Origin: Candidatus Dojkabacteria bacterium
GTDB lineage: Bacteria; Patescibacteriota; Dojkabacteria; GCA-002793355
DNA length: 64,000 bases
NCBI GenBank assembly: GCA_030583825.1
Contig: CP129477.1
Location: 843,627-907,626 of the forward strand
Direction: 5' to 3'
Under the pieces are notes generated by a model, which was not told the origin of the DNA, did not search any database, and saw only the letters and a program-made list of their open reading frames with translations. Below are positions 35,994-46,644 of the stretch, piece after piece (within the stretch, counting starts at the first letter, position 1; the number at the start of each line of letters is the position of its first letter). Position numbers and translations under genes: made by a program.

Positions 35994-36635
35994 GAAGAGC
36001 AATGCTTGTTTTGCCGCGATATTTGTGGAGATAAGCTCTCCTGCTCGTTGAATATGCTCAAGCAGTTTTTGTTGCTGTGAATGATTTTTCTCTCGAATAG
36101 TTCGCGATAAGTTACTTAAGAACTGTGCTGCCGACTGTTTTGTCCAATCTCCACCAGAAATTGTAACGTATCCGTTTAAATAATGCGGCTGCTTTGCTGT
36201 AAAAAGCTCGATTAAGGCAGAATCTTCATTTATTTGTCCACTCGATTGCTTCCCTGTGTAAATTTTTTTCGAGCGTGACAATATTGTTTGTAACATTGCC
36301 TGTTCATTTGTTGTTCCTAGCATGTATACGACTGTTTTTGGATGGTCTTCCAACTCTTTGAGCAATGCATTTTGTGCTTCTACTGTCAGCAAGTCAGCTT
36401 TTGGAATAATTCCAATTTGTAATAGTCGCTTAAATGGCTTATTTCGTAGCTTTTTGACAAATTTACGGGTATCTTCTACTCCTAACGATGGTGATTCTGA
36501 CTCTAAAATATGAATATCTGGATCAATAAGCGTTTCGAGTGCGTATTCAAACTGGGCAGAAAGATGCTCGTTAACAGATGTAACAATGGCCTCTGTAATA
36601 TCTTCCGACTGTTGGGCAATGAATAAATATGTCAT
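35955..36635 (-). CDS. holB: DNA polymerase III delta-prime subunit-like protein (degenerate, no P-loop)
   Basis: AQNALLKELEDHP (compare AQNALLKTLEEPP) and TILSRSKKI (compare the ILSRC sensor motif). The N-terminus lacks a Walker A, as expected for delta-prime. Confidence 0.5.
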   Translation of the reverse strand: MTYLFIAQQSEDITEAIVTSVNEHLSAQFEYALETLIDPDIHILESESPSLGVEDTRKFVKKLRNKPFKRLLQIGIIPKADLLTVEAQNALLKELEDHPKTVVYMLGTTNEQAMLQTILSRSKKIYTGKQSSGQINEDSALIELFTAKQPHYLNGYVTISGGDWTKQSAAQFLSNLSRTIREKNHSQQQKLLEHIQRAGELISTNIAAKQALLFLFFSIQEKVFRS

Positions 36636-36638
36636 GAT

Positions 36639-38984
36639 CTATTTTACTGTAACAGCAGTTGGCCACGTTGCATACATGATTGTCTCTGATTCTCCAGACT
36701 TTTTAGGGAATGATTGCCAAATATACTCTGTGATAAACGGAATATATGGATGAAGCAATCGTAAGTATGTGTCAAGTGCTTTCCAAAGTGTCCACTGAGC
36801 AGCTTTCCTTGACGCAACTGCTTCATCAGAAGTGTTAATTGGATTCCCTTCTCGGTCTTTTGTATAAAGTCTTTGTTTGATGGCTTCGAGATAAACATCA
36901 CAAAAGTCGTGCCAGAATGAGTCATAAAGGTCTAGTGACACAATTCCGAATCGGAATTTTTGTATCTTTTCTGCAACTTGTGGAATAAGCGCGTTAAGTT
37001 TTTCAAGCATTGCTTTGTCGTCTTCCGTGAAAGCAAAATTATCTGTCCATTCTGCGACATCACTGGGGAGGTTCATCATTGAGAACTTTGAAGCGTTCCA
37101 TAGCTTGTTTAAAAAGTTTCGATATCCTTTTAGCTTTTCCTCGTCGAGGCGATAGCTTGCTCCAGCTTTGTTTCCAACAATGTATAAAAGTCGAAGTCCA
37201 TCTGCTCCATAGTTTGTAACCAATTCATCCAAAGAGACAGTATTTTTCTTTGATTTGCTCATTTTTTGTCCGTCACCTGCTTTTACAAGTCCATGCAAGT
37301 AAACGTCTGTAAATGGATATTTTCCTGTTCTAAATTTCCCAAGCATGATCATGCGTGAAACCCAGAATTCGAGGATGTCATATCCCGTTTCCATAACATT
37401 TGTCGGATAGAAAATGTCATCTATTTCTTCTTTTTGCAATGTGACATAAGGCCATTGTCCCGATGAAAACCAAGTATCAAAAACATTTTCGTCTTGTTTC
37501 CATTCTGTTCCCGGTGATTCAAAGCTTACTTTTGCGAGATCTTTTGCAACTGCATCTGCAAAATCTGAAATCTCAATGCCATTGATTTGTTCAGTTATTT
37601 GTCCATTTTCATCAATTGTTTCTTCTACCTCACCTTTATACCAAATTGGGAAACGATATCCCCACCACAGTGAGCGTGAAATTGGCCAATCGCGAAGGTT
37701 TTTCATCCAGTGAAGATATTTCTTTGTCATATATTTGGGATGAATGCTAACGTGACCATTTTCAACTGCGTCCAAACCGTCTTTTTTCATTTCGTCAGTC
37801 TTAATAAACCACTGGCTGGACATTATTGGCTGAATAATGGACTTACAGCGCTCACAAACAGGAACACGTTGCAATGTCTTTTCTTCTTTTTCTAAAAGTC
37901 CGAGTGCTTTTAAATCTGCAATAACTGCTTCGCGTGCCTCACCAACTGTCACACCCACGTACTTACCTGCCGGGCCAACAATTTTTGCATCTTTATGAAT
38001 AACAGAAATGTTCTCTACTTTTTTGTCTGGATTGGCTTGATTCCAGCGAATCATAATTTCATAGTCTTCGGTAGCGTGCGCAGGTGTTAGTTTCAATGCG
38101 CCCGTTCCTGTTTCCCTTTCGATAATTGGATCGAGAATAATTGGAATTTCTCTGTCCATGAGTGGCAAAATTGCTGTCTTGCCATGAAACTCTGTGTAAC
38201 GCTCATCATTAGGATGAACGACAACTGCTGTATCACCAAGCATAGTTTCTGGACGTGTTGTCGCAATCGTAATAAATTTGTCACTTTCCCCTTTTATTGG
38301 ATACTTGATGTAATACATCGCAGATTCACGTTCTTTCTTCTGTGTATCAATATCTGCGAGAGCTGTTTGACATGAAGGGCACCAGTTAACTATACGGACA
38401 CCTTTATATACCTTTCCTGTGTCGTATAAATCAATGAATGTTTGTAAAACGTTGTGAACGATTTTTGGATCAAGGGTGAATGTGTCGCGTGCATAATCTG
38501 CACTTAAACCAATTCTCTGCTCGTCTTTTTGAGCGCGTGCCATCATCTCTGTAAAGTACTGGTATGTTTGCTCGTAAAATTCTTCCCGAGTGATATTATT
38601 TTTGTTTTTTCCCTGAGGTTTGAACAAATCGTTAAGAACAACAACTTCTCCCTGAATACCGGCGTGGTCTTTACCTGGAAATAGTAAAACTCGTTTGTCG
38701 TTCATTCGCCAAAAACGTCCAAGCAAATCCTGGTACGCATAGCCTGAAATATTCCCAATATGAGGACGATCGTATGCATTTGGCGGAGGATCAATGATTG
38801 TAAACTTTTTGTCAGGATTTTCTGCAAGATACTGACGCATTTCTTCCACAGTGTCAGCTTTTTTTGTTACTTTATTATACTCCGGCTTGTAAAAGTCGTG
38901 CGCGAGCCAATATGCGAGAATTTTCTTTTCAGATTCGTCTGCATTATAAGGGCCGCGATAAAGCTCAAAATTTTCTTGCGTCAT
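36639..38984 (-). CDS. valS: valyl-tRNA synthetase (compact form)
   Basis: IIDPPPNAYDRPHIGN (PPPN plus a HIGH-like motif), YDILEFWVSRMIM and DGQKMSKSKKN (KMSKS). 781 aa. Confidence 0.65.
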   Translation of the reverse strand: MTQENFELYRGPYNADESEKKILAYWLAHDFYKPEYNKVTKKADTVEEMRQYLAENPDKKFTIIDPPPNAYDRPHIGNISGYAYQDLLGRFWRMNDKRVLLFPGKDHAGIQGEVVVLNDLFKPQGKNKNNITREEFYEQTYQYFTEMMARAQKDEQRIGLSADYARDTFTLDPKIVHNVLQTFIDLYDTGKVYKGVRIVNWCPSCQTALADIDTQKKERESAMYYIKYPIKGESDKFITIATTRPETMLGDTAVVVHPNDERYTEFHGKTAILPLMDREIPIILDPIIERETGTGALKLTPAHATEDYEIMIRWNQANPDKKVENISVIHKDAKIVGPAGKYVGVTVGEAREAVIADLKALGLLEKEEKTLQRVPVCERCKSIIQPIMSSQWFIKTDEMKKDGLDAVENGHVSIHPKYMTKKYLHWMKNLRDWPISRSLWWGYRFPIWYKGEVEETIDENGQITEQINGIEISDFADAVAKDLAKVSFESPGTEWKQDENVFDTWFSSGQWPYVTLQKEEIDDIFYPTNVMETGYDILEFWVSRMIMLGKFRTGKYPFTDVYLHGLVKAGDGQKMSKSKKNTVSLDELVTNYGADGLRLLYIVGNKAGASYRLDEEKLKGYRNFLNKLWNASKFSMMNLPSDVAEWTDNFAFTEDDKAMLEKLNALIPQVAEKIQKFRFGIVSLDLYDSFWHDFCDVYLEAIKQRLYTKDREGNPINTSDEAVASRKAAQWTLWKALDTYLRLLHPYIPFITEYIWQSFPKKSGESETIMYATWPTAVTVK

Positions 38985-39161
38985 GGCTCATTGTATCGGT
39001 ATTTGTGGGAGTTGTAAAGGATATAGTTCAAATCTTCTTTGATAAGGTAAAAAATAAGGATTGGTGATTGCTATAGTTTCGTTAAACATAGAATTTCCGC
39101 GTATTGAAGTGAAATAGTTTTACACTTCAACAATCATAATTTTTACGCTATACTGCATGAT

Positions 39162-41015
39162 ATGGCACTGCCCTACACCGGTGTTGATTTGCGATTGCTG
39201 AATGCCCTTGTGCAACAGGGAAAGCTTACAAATGAGCAAGCTGAAGCCCTAAAACTCGAGTCTGCGCAGCAAAGTAAGTCTGAAATAACACTGATACTTG
39301 AAAAAAATTTACTCTCCGAAACGGATGTTTATAGAGTCAAGGCACAAATTTATAATGTGCCTTTCATTGAGGATATTAGCGGTGTCACTGTTCCCCAGGA
39401 AGTTCTTACCGGCTTAAACGTTGATACGCTCAAAGAGCAAATGGCTTTCCCATTTGAAATCACTGAGCAAAAAGTAAAAGTATTGATGGCTGACCCGTTC
39501 AACGTGGGTGCTATTCAATTCTGGCGTGTCCGATATATTCCAAGACAAATCGAAGTGTACACGTCTACTCCATCGGTAGTCGCGTCGTTTGTTAACACAA
39601 AATTTGGAAACTTAATCGGGGGCGAGGTCGCCTCTGCTGTATCATCATATAAACAAGATGCCGGGCAATCTGGTATTGACGAAACTGTCATTAGTGAAGG
39701 TGGCGATCTTGGTACAGATTTGCAAAGCGCTCCTGTCGCAAAAATAGTTAACACAATATTGGTATATGGTGCTCGTGTAGGCGCATCAGATATCCATATT
39801 GAACCGCAGGAAAACTCTATTCGTGTGCGATACCGTATTGATGGTGTTATGCAGGAAAGAATGAATTTGCCAAAAGATTTGCAAGCGCCAATTGTGGCAC
39901 GTATCAAAATTCTTTCAAACCTTAAAATTGACGAAACTCGTCTTCCGCAAGACGGTCGTATCTTTATCAAAGTAGATAATCGAAGCTTCGACTTACGTGT
40001 ATCAACACTTCCTGCAATTCAGGGTGAAAAAACAGTAATGCGTTTGCTTGAGCGTACGACAGGTATTCCTCCATTGGAAGAGTCAGGTCTTCGCGGCTCT
40101 GCATATCGAAAATATCTTGAAACAATTAAGCTTACGAACGGAATCATTCTGATTACTGGGCCGACAGGTTCAGGTAAAACGCGTACACTTGCTTCGACGC
40201 TCTCACGAATGAACGATCCAAAGGTAAACATTATTACCATTGAAGATCCGGTTGAAATTCGTGTTGGCGGTATTAACCAGGTTCAGATTCACCACGAAAT
40301 TGGACTTGACTTTGCGACAGTACTTCGTGCGGTATTGCGACAAGACCCGAATATCATCATGGTTGGTGAAATTCGTGACGGCGAAACTGCGACATTGGCT
40401 ATTCGTGCTGCATTGACTGGTCACTTGGTTCTTTCTACTTTACACACAAACTCTGCGGTAGCAGCGCTTACTCGTTTGACTGATATGGGAATTGAATCAT
40501 ACTTGGTTTCTTCAACAGTAAAAATGGTTGTTGCACAGCGTCTTGTGAGAACTGTGTGTCCATACTGCCGTGAGCCATATGCTGCATCTCCAAGTGATGT
40601 CGAAGAACTACAGGAGCAATTCAAATCTATTCAAAATTTTGACATGTTTTCATATTTAGAAGCGTTGGCACAGAAAAATGGAAACCCTCCGAATGACTCT
40701 GTTGAGTTTAAATTTGCTCCTCCTGTAAAAGCTCCTGAAACATTACCGGATGGAACAAAGCAAATGTATCTGTACAAAGGAAAAGGTTGCTCTCGTTGTG
40801 GTGAAAGCGGATATAAAGGTCGTATGGCTATCTTCGAAGTCATTTCTATTACTCCACGGTTGGGTGAGGCCATCACTCAGAATGTTCCGTACGACGTATT
40901 GCAGAAAATTGCAGTTGAAGAAGGAATGATTACGATGTACCAGGACGGTTTCTTAAAAGCAATTGAAGGAATTACCTCTATGGCTGAGGTTATGAGGGTT
41001 GCGAAAAGTGAATAA
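39162..41015 (+). CDS. pilB: type IV pilus assembly ATPase PilB (GspE family)
   Basis: GSPII_E N-terminal domain. Walker A ILITGPTGSGKTRTLAS, Asp box, His box TGHLVLSTLHTN, and a tetracysteine CPYC...CSRC zinc motif. Confidence 0.85.
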   Translation: MALPYTGVDLRLLNALVQQGKLTNEQAEALKLESAQQSKSEITLILEKNLLSETDVYRVKAQIYNVPFIEDISGVTVPQEVLTGLNVDTLKEQMAFPFEITEQKVKVLMADPFNVGAIQFWRVRYIPRQIEVYTSTPSVVASFVNTKFGNLIGGEVASAVSSYKQDAGQSGIDETVISEGGDLGTDLQSAPVAKIVNTILVYGARVGASDIHIEPQENSIRVRYRIDGVMQERMNLPKDLQAPIVARIKILSNLKIDETRLPQDGRIFIKVDNRSFDLRVSTLPAIQGEKTVMRLLERTTGIPPLEESGLRGSAYRKYLETIKLTNGIILITGPTGSGKTRTLASTLSRMNDPKVNIITIEDPVEIRVGGINQVQIHHEIGLDFATVLRAVLRQDPNIIMVGEIRDGETATLAIRAALTGHLVLSTLHTNSAVAALTRLTDMGIESYLVSSTVKMVVAQRLVRTVCPYCREPYAASPSDVEELQEQFKSIQNFDMFSYLEALAQKNGNPPNDSVEFKFAPPVKAPETLPDGTKQMYLYKGKGCSRCGESGYKGRMAIFEVISITPRLGEAITQNVPYDVLQKIAVEEGMITMYQDGFLKAIEGITSMAEVMRVAKSE

Positions 41016-41035
41016 ATTGGATACTATTTGATTAC

Positions 41036-42469
41036 ATGGATGGAAACGCCCCCGTGACTCCAAATGTCACGCAAAATTCAGACTTTTCGGTGTCCCAATT
41101 TGCCGGTGCTCCGGCTGCATCACCTTCGATTCCTAGTGCACCTATGCCAATGCCGGGAACATCGGATATGAACGCGAATGTTTCACAAAATATGCCTCAA
41201 ATGCCTCCTGCACCGCAAGTTGCACAGTCGTTTGCACCACCGACATTACCCCCTATGCCACAAGTACCCGCATCTCCGACCGTGGAACAGCAGATTCAAG
41301 ACGTTTCACAACTACCTCCACTTCCGCAAACACCTCAAAACAATGTTTCACAGCCTGCAGCAGCTGCAGCCTCGGCACCTATGGTTCAAGTTGTAGATTC
41401 TGTCAGCGGTGACATGAGTATTTTTCAGATGCTTGAGCTTGTTGCATCAAAAAACGCATCTGACTTACACCTTGTTGTTGGTTATCCTGCAATGCTTCGT
41501 ATTGATGGCGATCTTGTGAATATTTCCAGCACAATTGTCTCTCCGGATATGGCCAAGAAACTTGTATATGATGTCCTTCCTGACGATAAAAAAGAACAGC
41601 TTGAAGTAAATCGTGAAGTTGACCTTGCATATGGATACGAAGGAATTGGACGTTTTCGTATTAACGCATATTATCAGCGTGGATATATTTCTGCAGCATT
41701 TCGTTTGATTCCTACACGTATTAGGACATTAGACGAATTGAAAGTTCCCGCTATTTTTAAAGAATTTGCAGAGCTTGAGCAAGGATTGGTATTGGTAACC
41801 GGCCCGACAGGTCACGGAAAATCAACAACGTTGGCAGGTATTATTCAACAAATTAACGATACTCATCCAAAGCACATTCTGACTATTGAAGATCCAATTG
41901 AATACGTATTTCCACAATCAAAAGCGTTAGTTTCTCAGCGTGAGCTTGGCGACGATACTCATTCATGGAAAGGTGCACTTCGTGCAGCACTTCGTGAAGA
42001 CCCAGATGTCGTACTCGTTGGTGAAATGCGTGACTATGAAACAGTTAACTCTGCAATCACTGTTGCAGAAACAGGTCACTTGGTTCTTGCAACACTTCAC
42101 ACGAACAATGCAGCTCAAACAATTCAGCGTATTATTAACGTTTTTCCCGATGTTCAGCAGGAAGAAGTCCGCGCACAGCTTGCAGACATTCTTGAAGTTG
42201 TTGTCGCGCAGCGATTGATTCCTATTAAAGGTGGTGGACGTCGTGCAGCCGTTGAAATCATGTTGATGACTCCGGCAATTAGAAACCTTATTCGTGAAAA
42301 TAAGATCTTCCAAATTGACAATGTTATTCGTACAAGTCTTGATCTGGGAATGATCACCTTAGAGCGCTCATTATTGAATATGTTCCGTGAAGGATTAATT
42401 GATAGAGAAGATGCATTGCGATATGCACTCGATGCATCAGAAATGCAGCGATTAATTAATGAAGGTTAA
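41036..42469 (+). CDS. pilT: PilT-like pilus retraction ATPase with a ~120-aa Pro/Gln/Ala-rich disordered N-terminal extension
   Basis: VLVTGPTGHGKSTTLA, VLVGEMRDYETV and GHLVLATLHTNNAAQTIQRI are PilT motifs. The N-terminus is low-complexity (PQMPPAPQVAQSFAPPTLPPMPQVPASP). Confidence 0.8.
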   Translation: MDGNAPVTPNVTQNSDFSVSQFAGAPAASPSIPSAPMPMPGTSDMNANVSQNMPQMPPAPQVAQSFAPPTLPPMPQVPASPTVEQQIQDVSQLPPLPQTPQNNVSQPAAAAASAPMVQVVDSVSGDMSIFQMLELVASKNASDLHLVVGYPAMLRIDGDLVNISSTIVSPDMAKKLVYDVLPDDKKEQLEVNREVDLAYGYEGIGRFRINAYYQRGYISAAFRLIPTRIRTLDELKVPAIFKEFAELEQGLVLVTGPTGHGKSTTLAGIIQQINDTHPKHILTIEDPIEYVFPQSKALVSQRELGDDTHSWKGALRAALREDPDVVLVGEMRDYETVNSAITVAETGHLVLATLHTNNAAQTIQRIINVFPDVQQEEVRAQLADILEVVVAQRLIPIKGGGRRAAVEIMLMTPAIRNLIRENKIFQIDNVIRTSLDLGMITLERSLLNMFREGLIDREDALRYALDASEMQRLINEG

Positions 42470-42492
42470 ATTTAATTATTAATGAAATAGCT

Positions 42493-43881
42493 ATGGCAGA
42501 CGAAGCAGTGGTCGGACAAACTCAGCAGACACCAGGAATTCCTGGTACAGTTCCGGCACAGCCACAGCCTACTGAAAGCTCTCAGACAATGCCAGCAACG
42601 GCAACGTCATCACAAGCTCCAACTCAGGCACCTGCCGCGTCTTCAGCTCCGCAAGGAGGTGGACAGAAAAAATTCTTTGAGTACGTTAGTCTCGACAAAG
42701 ACGGAAAGCGTGTGAAAGGAAGCATGTCTGCCTATACAAAAGAAGAAGTTGTACAAAGTGTCGTTTCACGAGGACTTTCAATTATCTCCATTGACGAAGT
42801 ATCAGGATTATTCTCGCTTGAACGATTAAAAGAAATCAACATCGGTGGTGTTCCGCTTGATGAAAAGGTGATTTTCATGAAACAGATCGCAATTATGATT
42901 AATGCGGGTTTGTCGGTTACCCGTGCATTGGAAGTTTTAAGTTTTCAAGCGCAAAACCCGCGATTCAAAGCAGTATTAAAAGAATCGTATAAATTAGTGT
43001 CAGGTGGAGTCAGCTTGTCTGACGCCTTTGGAAAGTTCCCTGACGCCTTTGATAGTATTGCAGTAAGCTTGATTCGAGCTGGTGAACAATCAGGTAACTT
43101 AGACAAGATCTTTCGTAAGCTCGCGACAGAATATCAAAATAGAAAACAGTTGCAAGGAAAAATTCAGGGAGCACTCGCCTATCCTGCCGTTATCACAACA
43201 TTAATGGTTGGCGTTGTTATCTTCTTAATGCTCTTTGTCGTTCCACAGTTGCAACAGGCATTTGAAGAATTCGGAGCAGAACTTCCACTTATTACGAAAA
43301 TTGTTATTGGCCTTAGCAATATCCTTATACATTATTGGTATATCGTTATTGTTCTTATTGTTTCAATTGTTGTCGCGTTCCGATACTTTATTTCGACTCC
43401 GCAAGGAGACAGATTGTGGCAAAAAATGTGGATTACTATTCCTGTATTTGGGCCACTAAATGTTAAAATTCAAACAGCAAACTTTGCCCGTATTTTGTAC
43501 TTGCTTATCAGCAGCGGTGTTCCTATTTTGCAAGGCTTGGACTTGACTGAAGCTGCAATGACAAACATTTGGTTTAAAGACGAAGTCGCCGACATGCGTG
43601 AGCAAGTAAAGCGAGGTATCCCTATTGCACAGCCATTGATGCAGAGCGCAAACTTTCCTCTCATTTTGGGATATATGGTAAACGTTGGACAGGAAACCGG
43701 TAAGCTTGACGAGGTCTTAAAGAAAGTCTCGAAGTACTACGACATCGAAATTAAAGCTGCCAGCAAAGCATTGTCCACAATTTTGGAACCGATTCTGCTT
43801 ATTGTCATGGGTGTTGTTGTTGGTGGTATTGTCGTTGCAGTGTACCTGCCGATGTTCCAGTTGACACAGCAAATACAATAA
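42493..43881 (+). CDS. pilC: type IV pilus platform protein PilC (GspF family) with a low-complexity N-terminal extension
   Basis: Two GspF repeats and 3 TM helices. N-terminus QTPGIPGTVPAQPQPTESSQTMPATATSSQAPTQAPAASSAP. Confidence 0.8.
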   Translation: MADEAVVGQTQQTPGIPGTVPAQPQPTESSQTMPATATSSQAPTQAPAASSAPQGGGQKKFFEYVSLDKDGKRVKGSMSAYTKEEVVQSVVSRGLSIISIDEVSGLFSLERLKEINIGGVPLDEKVIFMKQIAIMINAGLSVTRALEVLSFQAQNPRFKAVLKESYKLVSGGVSLSDAFGKFPDAFDSIAVSLIRAGEQSGNLDKIFRKLATEYQNRKQLQGKIQGALAYPAVITTLMVGVVIFLMLFVVPQLQQAFEEFGAELPLITKIVIGLSNILIHYWYIVIVLIVSIVVAFRYFISTPQGDRLWQKMWITIPVFGPLNVKIQTANFARILYLLISSGVPILQGLDLTEAAMTNIWFKDEVADMREQVKRGIPIAQPLMQSANFPLILGYMVNVGQETGKLDEVLKKVSKYYDIEIKAASKALSTILEPILLIVMGVVVGGIVVAVYLPMFQLTQQIQ

Positions 43882-43920
43882 ACTAGAATGAAATAACTTA
43901 ATTAATATTGCCCTTTTACC

Positions 43921-44517
43921 ATGAAAAAATTGAAAGGTTTTACCCTCCCGGAGCTTCTTGTCGTCATGGCTATTATTGCCTTCTTGACCGTAGGATCATT
44001 CGCAGGTTTGACATTCGGTCTTCGACAAGCACGTGATACGCAGCGACGTACACTAACAAGCTCAATTAACACTGCGTTGCTTGCATATTATGCAGACTAT
44101 CAGCAGTATCCAGGAGCTCAGCCAACGACACCAAACATTGGATGTACAGGCTCAGGTATTTTGTCAGGAAGCTTCACATACGTTCGTTGTACAAACGCAA
44201 TGACAGCAACTGGCGGTATCTTGTTCACAAGAGGTAACAACGGTCTTGCAGACTACTTTGAAGGAACATTTAACTGGGGCCCGATTGACCCTAACGCTAA
44301 CCCACCATTGATTGGTTACTATGCAGGAACTGCAGGTGGTACAAATACTCGTGCTCTTAAATATGGAGTATGTGTTGTTCTTGAAAACCCGAACGGTGGA
44401 AACATCGCACGACCAGCCGCAGCAGGTGGCCCTTCAGTTGGAAAAAGAGACTGTTTCTGTTTAGGATCTGACTACTCACCATATGCGTGTGTAGGTCTTG
44501 GATCATTGCAGCAGTAA
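43921..44517 (+). CDS. type IV major pilin (prepilin N-terminal cleavage/methylation domain)
   Basis: MKKLKGFTLPELLVVMAIIAFL is the class III signal peptide (G|FTLPE). Cysteines in the C-terminal domain. Confidence 0.75.
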   Translation: MKKLKGFTLPELLVVMAIIAFLTVGSFAGLTFGLRQARDTQRRTLTSSINTALLAYYADYQQYPGAQPTTPNIGCTGSGILSGSFTYVRCTNAMTATGGILFTRGNNGLADYFEGTFNWGPIDPNANPPLIGYYAGTAGGTNTRALKYGVCVVLENPNGGNIARPAAAGGPSVGKRDCFCLGSDYSPYACVGLGSLQQ

Positions 44518-44564
44518 CGCGTCGTTCAGATTTATCGAGACTACGCGTCTCTCAAAATCCTTAC

Positions 44565-44612
44565 CTCCGCAAAAGAGATTGTGAAAACTTTCTCAATTGC
44601 GGAGTTTTTTTG
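44565..44612 (+). terminator. Rho-independent terminator after the major pilin gene
   Basis: CTCCGCAA-N24-TTGCGGAG followed by TTTTTTTG. Confidence 0.55.
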
Positions 44613-44658
44613 TTTATTATCTCTTGCGACAATTCCCAATAACTGACACAATCACTGT

Positions 44659-45426
44659 ATGGATATTATTCAACTTGAACTAGGGGTGTATCTCTTTCTT
44701 GTCGGACTTCTTATTTCGGAATTTATCCAAGTGCTTGTTGATAGAGACAACAATTCTTCTTCCATTTTTGACCGCTCTCGTTGCGATCATTGTAAAAAGC
44801 CTGTTCCGTGGTATGGCATGGTTCCCTTGTTTGGATATTTTCTTGTAAAAGGAAAATGTATTCACTGTGGTAAGAAAATTTCTTTAAACTACCCTCTTTT
44901 TGAATGGTCGTTTGCAATTATGTGGGCAGCCACCTTAATTCTTATTCCTCACACAATTATTTCTGCACTGATTTTTCTGTCCATACTTTGTGTTGTGTGG
45001 TATCTTGCCTACTACGACCTAAAACAGTTTGAAGTGCCCGTTATCGCGCTTGTTGTCTTTGGAATACTTCTTGGAATCTTTCACTTATTTGTGATGCCGC
45101 TTAGGCTTGATGTCGTTTCAGTGCTCTTAATGGCTCTTATCATCGTGGTTGCCATTGTTGCTGTCATGTTTCAAAAGCAAGACGCAGCATTTAGTGAGCT
45201 ATTTGGCCTTGCCGACTGGATCGTCATTTTGGCAACTGCCCTTCTCTTTGGTATAGAAGCGACAGTTATTGTTATCTGTATCTCTGTTGGAATATTTGTT
45301 CTTTACTTATTGCTTTCGTTTGGATTGAAACTCAAACAAATGAAAGGCGTCCCCTTTCTATTCTGGTATCTGCCGATTTGGTACTGGTACTTGCTTTATC
45401 TGACCACAACAGTAATTGTTCGCTGA
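44659..45426 (+). CDS. pilD: prepilin peptidase (A24 family)
   Basis: CDHCKKPVPWYGMVPLFGYFLVKGKCIHCGKKISLNYPLFE (CxxC...CxxC zinc motif) and a multi-TM aspartyl peptidase body. Confidence 0.75.
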   Translation: MDIIQLELGVYLFLVGLLISEFIQVLVDRDNNSSSIFDRSRCDHCKKPVPWYGMVPLFGYFLVKGKCIHCGKKISLNYPLFEWSFAIMWAATLILIPHTIISALIFLSILCVVWYLAYYDLKQFEVPVIALVVFGILLGIFHLFVMPLRLDVVSVLLMALIIVVAIVAVMFQKQDAAFSELFGLADWIVILATALLFGIEATVIVICISVGIFVLYLLLSFGLKLKQMKGVPFLFWYLPIWYWYLLYLTTTVIVR

Positions 45427-46106
45427 ACATTCTGCACTGTTGGGCGTCCATTCATCTGAAGCTTTGAATCAAGCTTGAACGCCACAGATACTGTGGTAAA
45501 TGTTTGCCCGGTAAGGCTGTCGCTTGCAGTTTCGCACGAAAGTTGAATATCTTTTACATTGACATCTCCATACGTAAGAACTGAGCGCACGGCTGTTCCT
45601 GCCTGAGGTTTTTGAATAAAGATAAATCGGCCAGTATTTAGTCCTATGTCTGCAACTTCATAGCCGAATGTATATGTTTCTCCCGATCCTAAAGGCTGCC
45701 AGGTCACAGAGTTTACGGTGAATGTATTTGGTCGCAATGCTGATCCATTACACATGTTTATTGCTGTATTTTGGCCAACAACAACAAGTGTTCGAGGATC
45801 TGCGTTCTTTGCGTATAGCTCGAAAAATTCTGAAACAAATTCTCCCTCTGTTCTCACGGATGTTCGGGCATCAATCATGTAGGAACCAAGCAAAATTGCG
45901 TTAAACGACTGCATAATCATTAAAAAGATAATAGAAAGTATTGTCATAGAGATTAATGTTTCAGCAAGTGACAATGCCGCAATCTTCTGGAATCTCTCTT
46001 TGAGTGTTTGGTGTTTTGTTACGTGCTCCATGCTAGTTTGTACCTGTTCTGTAAACATAAATAGTAAGGACAACCGGTTTGTAGTCTGCAGGAAGGCACT
46101 GCCCAT
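45396..46106 (-). CDS. putative minor pilin/pseudopilin
   Basis: IAALSLAETLISMTILSIIF is a class III signal-like segment (A|LSLAE with E at +5). The ORF start is uncertain. Confidence 0.45.
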   Translation of the reverse strand: MGSAFLQTTNRLSLLFMFTEQVQTSMEHVTKHQTLKERFQKIAALSLAETLISMTILSIIFLMIMQSFNAILLGSYMIDARTSVRTEGEFVSEFFELYAKNADPRTLVVVGQNTAINMCNGSALRPNTFTVNSVTWQPLGSGETYTFGYEVADIGLNTGRFIFIQKPQAGTAVRSVLTYGDVNVKDIQLSCETASDSLTGQTFTTVSVAFKLDSKLQMNGRPTVQNVQRTITVVVR

Positions 46107-46644
46107 TTATACAGGCTACAGTGACTGTAAACTGAGCGAACGATCCCGTTCCTGATGCGAGCTGTCGCAATTCAATTAAACGGCCAAATAAAGCATCTGA
46201 GCCTGTTTGGCTTACTGCTGTAACAGAGCATGAACTGTCAAATGTCTGGTCTGAGCGTAATCCACATGTTTGTGTCATTGTTGTGAGAGATGCAATTTTG
46301 TTACTTCCCTGCTGTGTGTATGTGACATAGGCTCGCCCATTAACTGATCTGAATACTCCCGATGGGCCGATAAGTCCATTCCATGATTCGTCTTTCTCTT
46401 TTTTGATAATTTCTACTCCTTCGTTGGCAAGTGTTAACATTCTATCCTGTAATTCGAGCTTTTTTACTTGTCGCAATGCTGCAAATGTCGTGTTAAGAAC
46501 TGATACAAAGACGAGCGATACAATAGCAAGTGCAATCAAAACCTCAACAATGCTTAGCGCAAGCACTTTCCTTTTAATTGTTGATTGCGGAGATGTTTCC
46601 ATCTGTTCGAATGGTAATTTTAGTGCTTGAAAAATTTGTTCCAA
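46033..46644 (-). CDS. putative minor pilin/pseudopilin
   Basis: RKVLALSIVEVLIALAIVSLVF (A|LSIVE with E at +5). Confidence 0.5.
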   Translation of the reverse strand: MEQIFQALKLPFEQMETSPQSTIKRKVLALSIVEVLIALAIVSLVFVSVLNTTFAALRQVKKLELQDRMLTLANEGVEIIKKEKDESWNGLIGPSGVFRSVNGRAYVTYTQQGSNKIASLTTMTQTCGLRSDQTFDSSCSVTAVSQTGSDALFGRLIELRQLASGTGSFAQFTVTVACINGQCLPADYKPVVLTIYVYRTGTN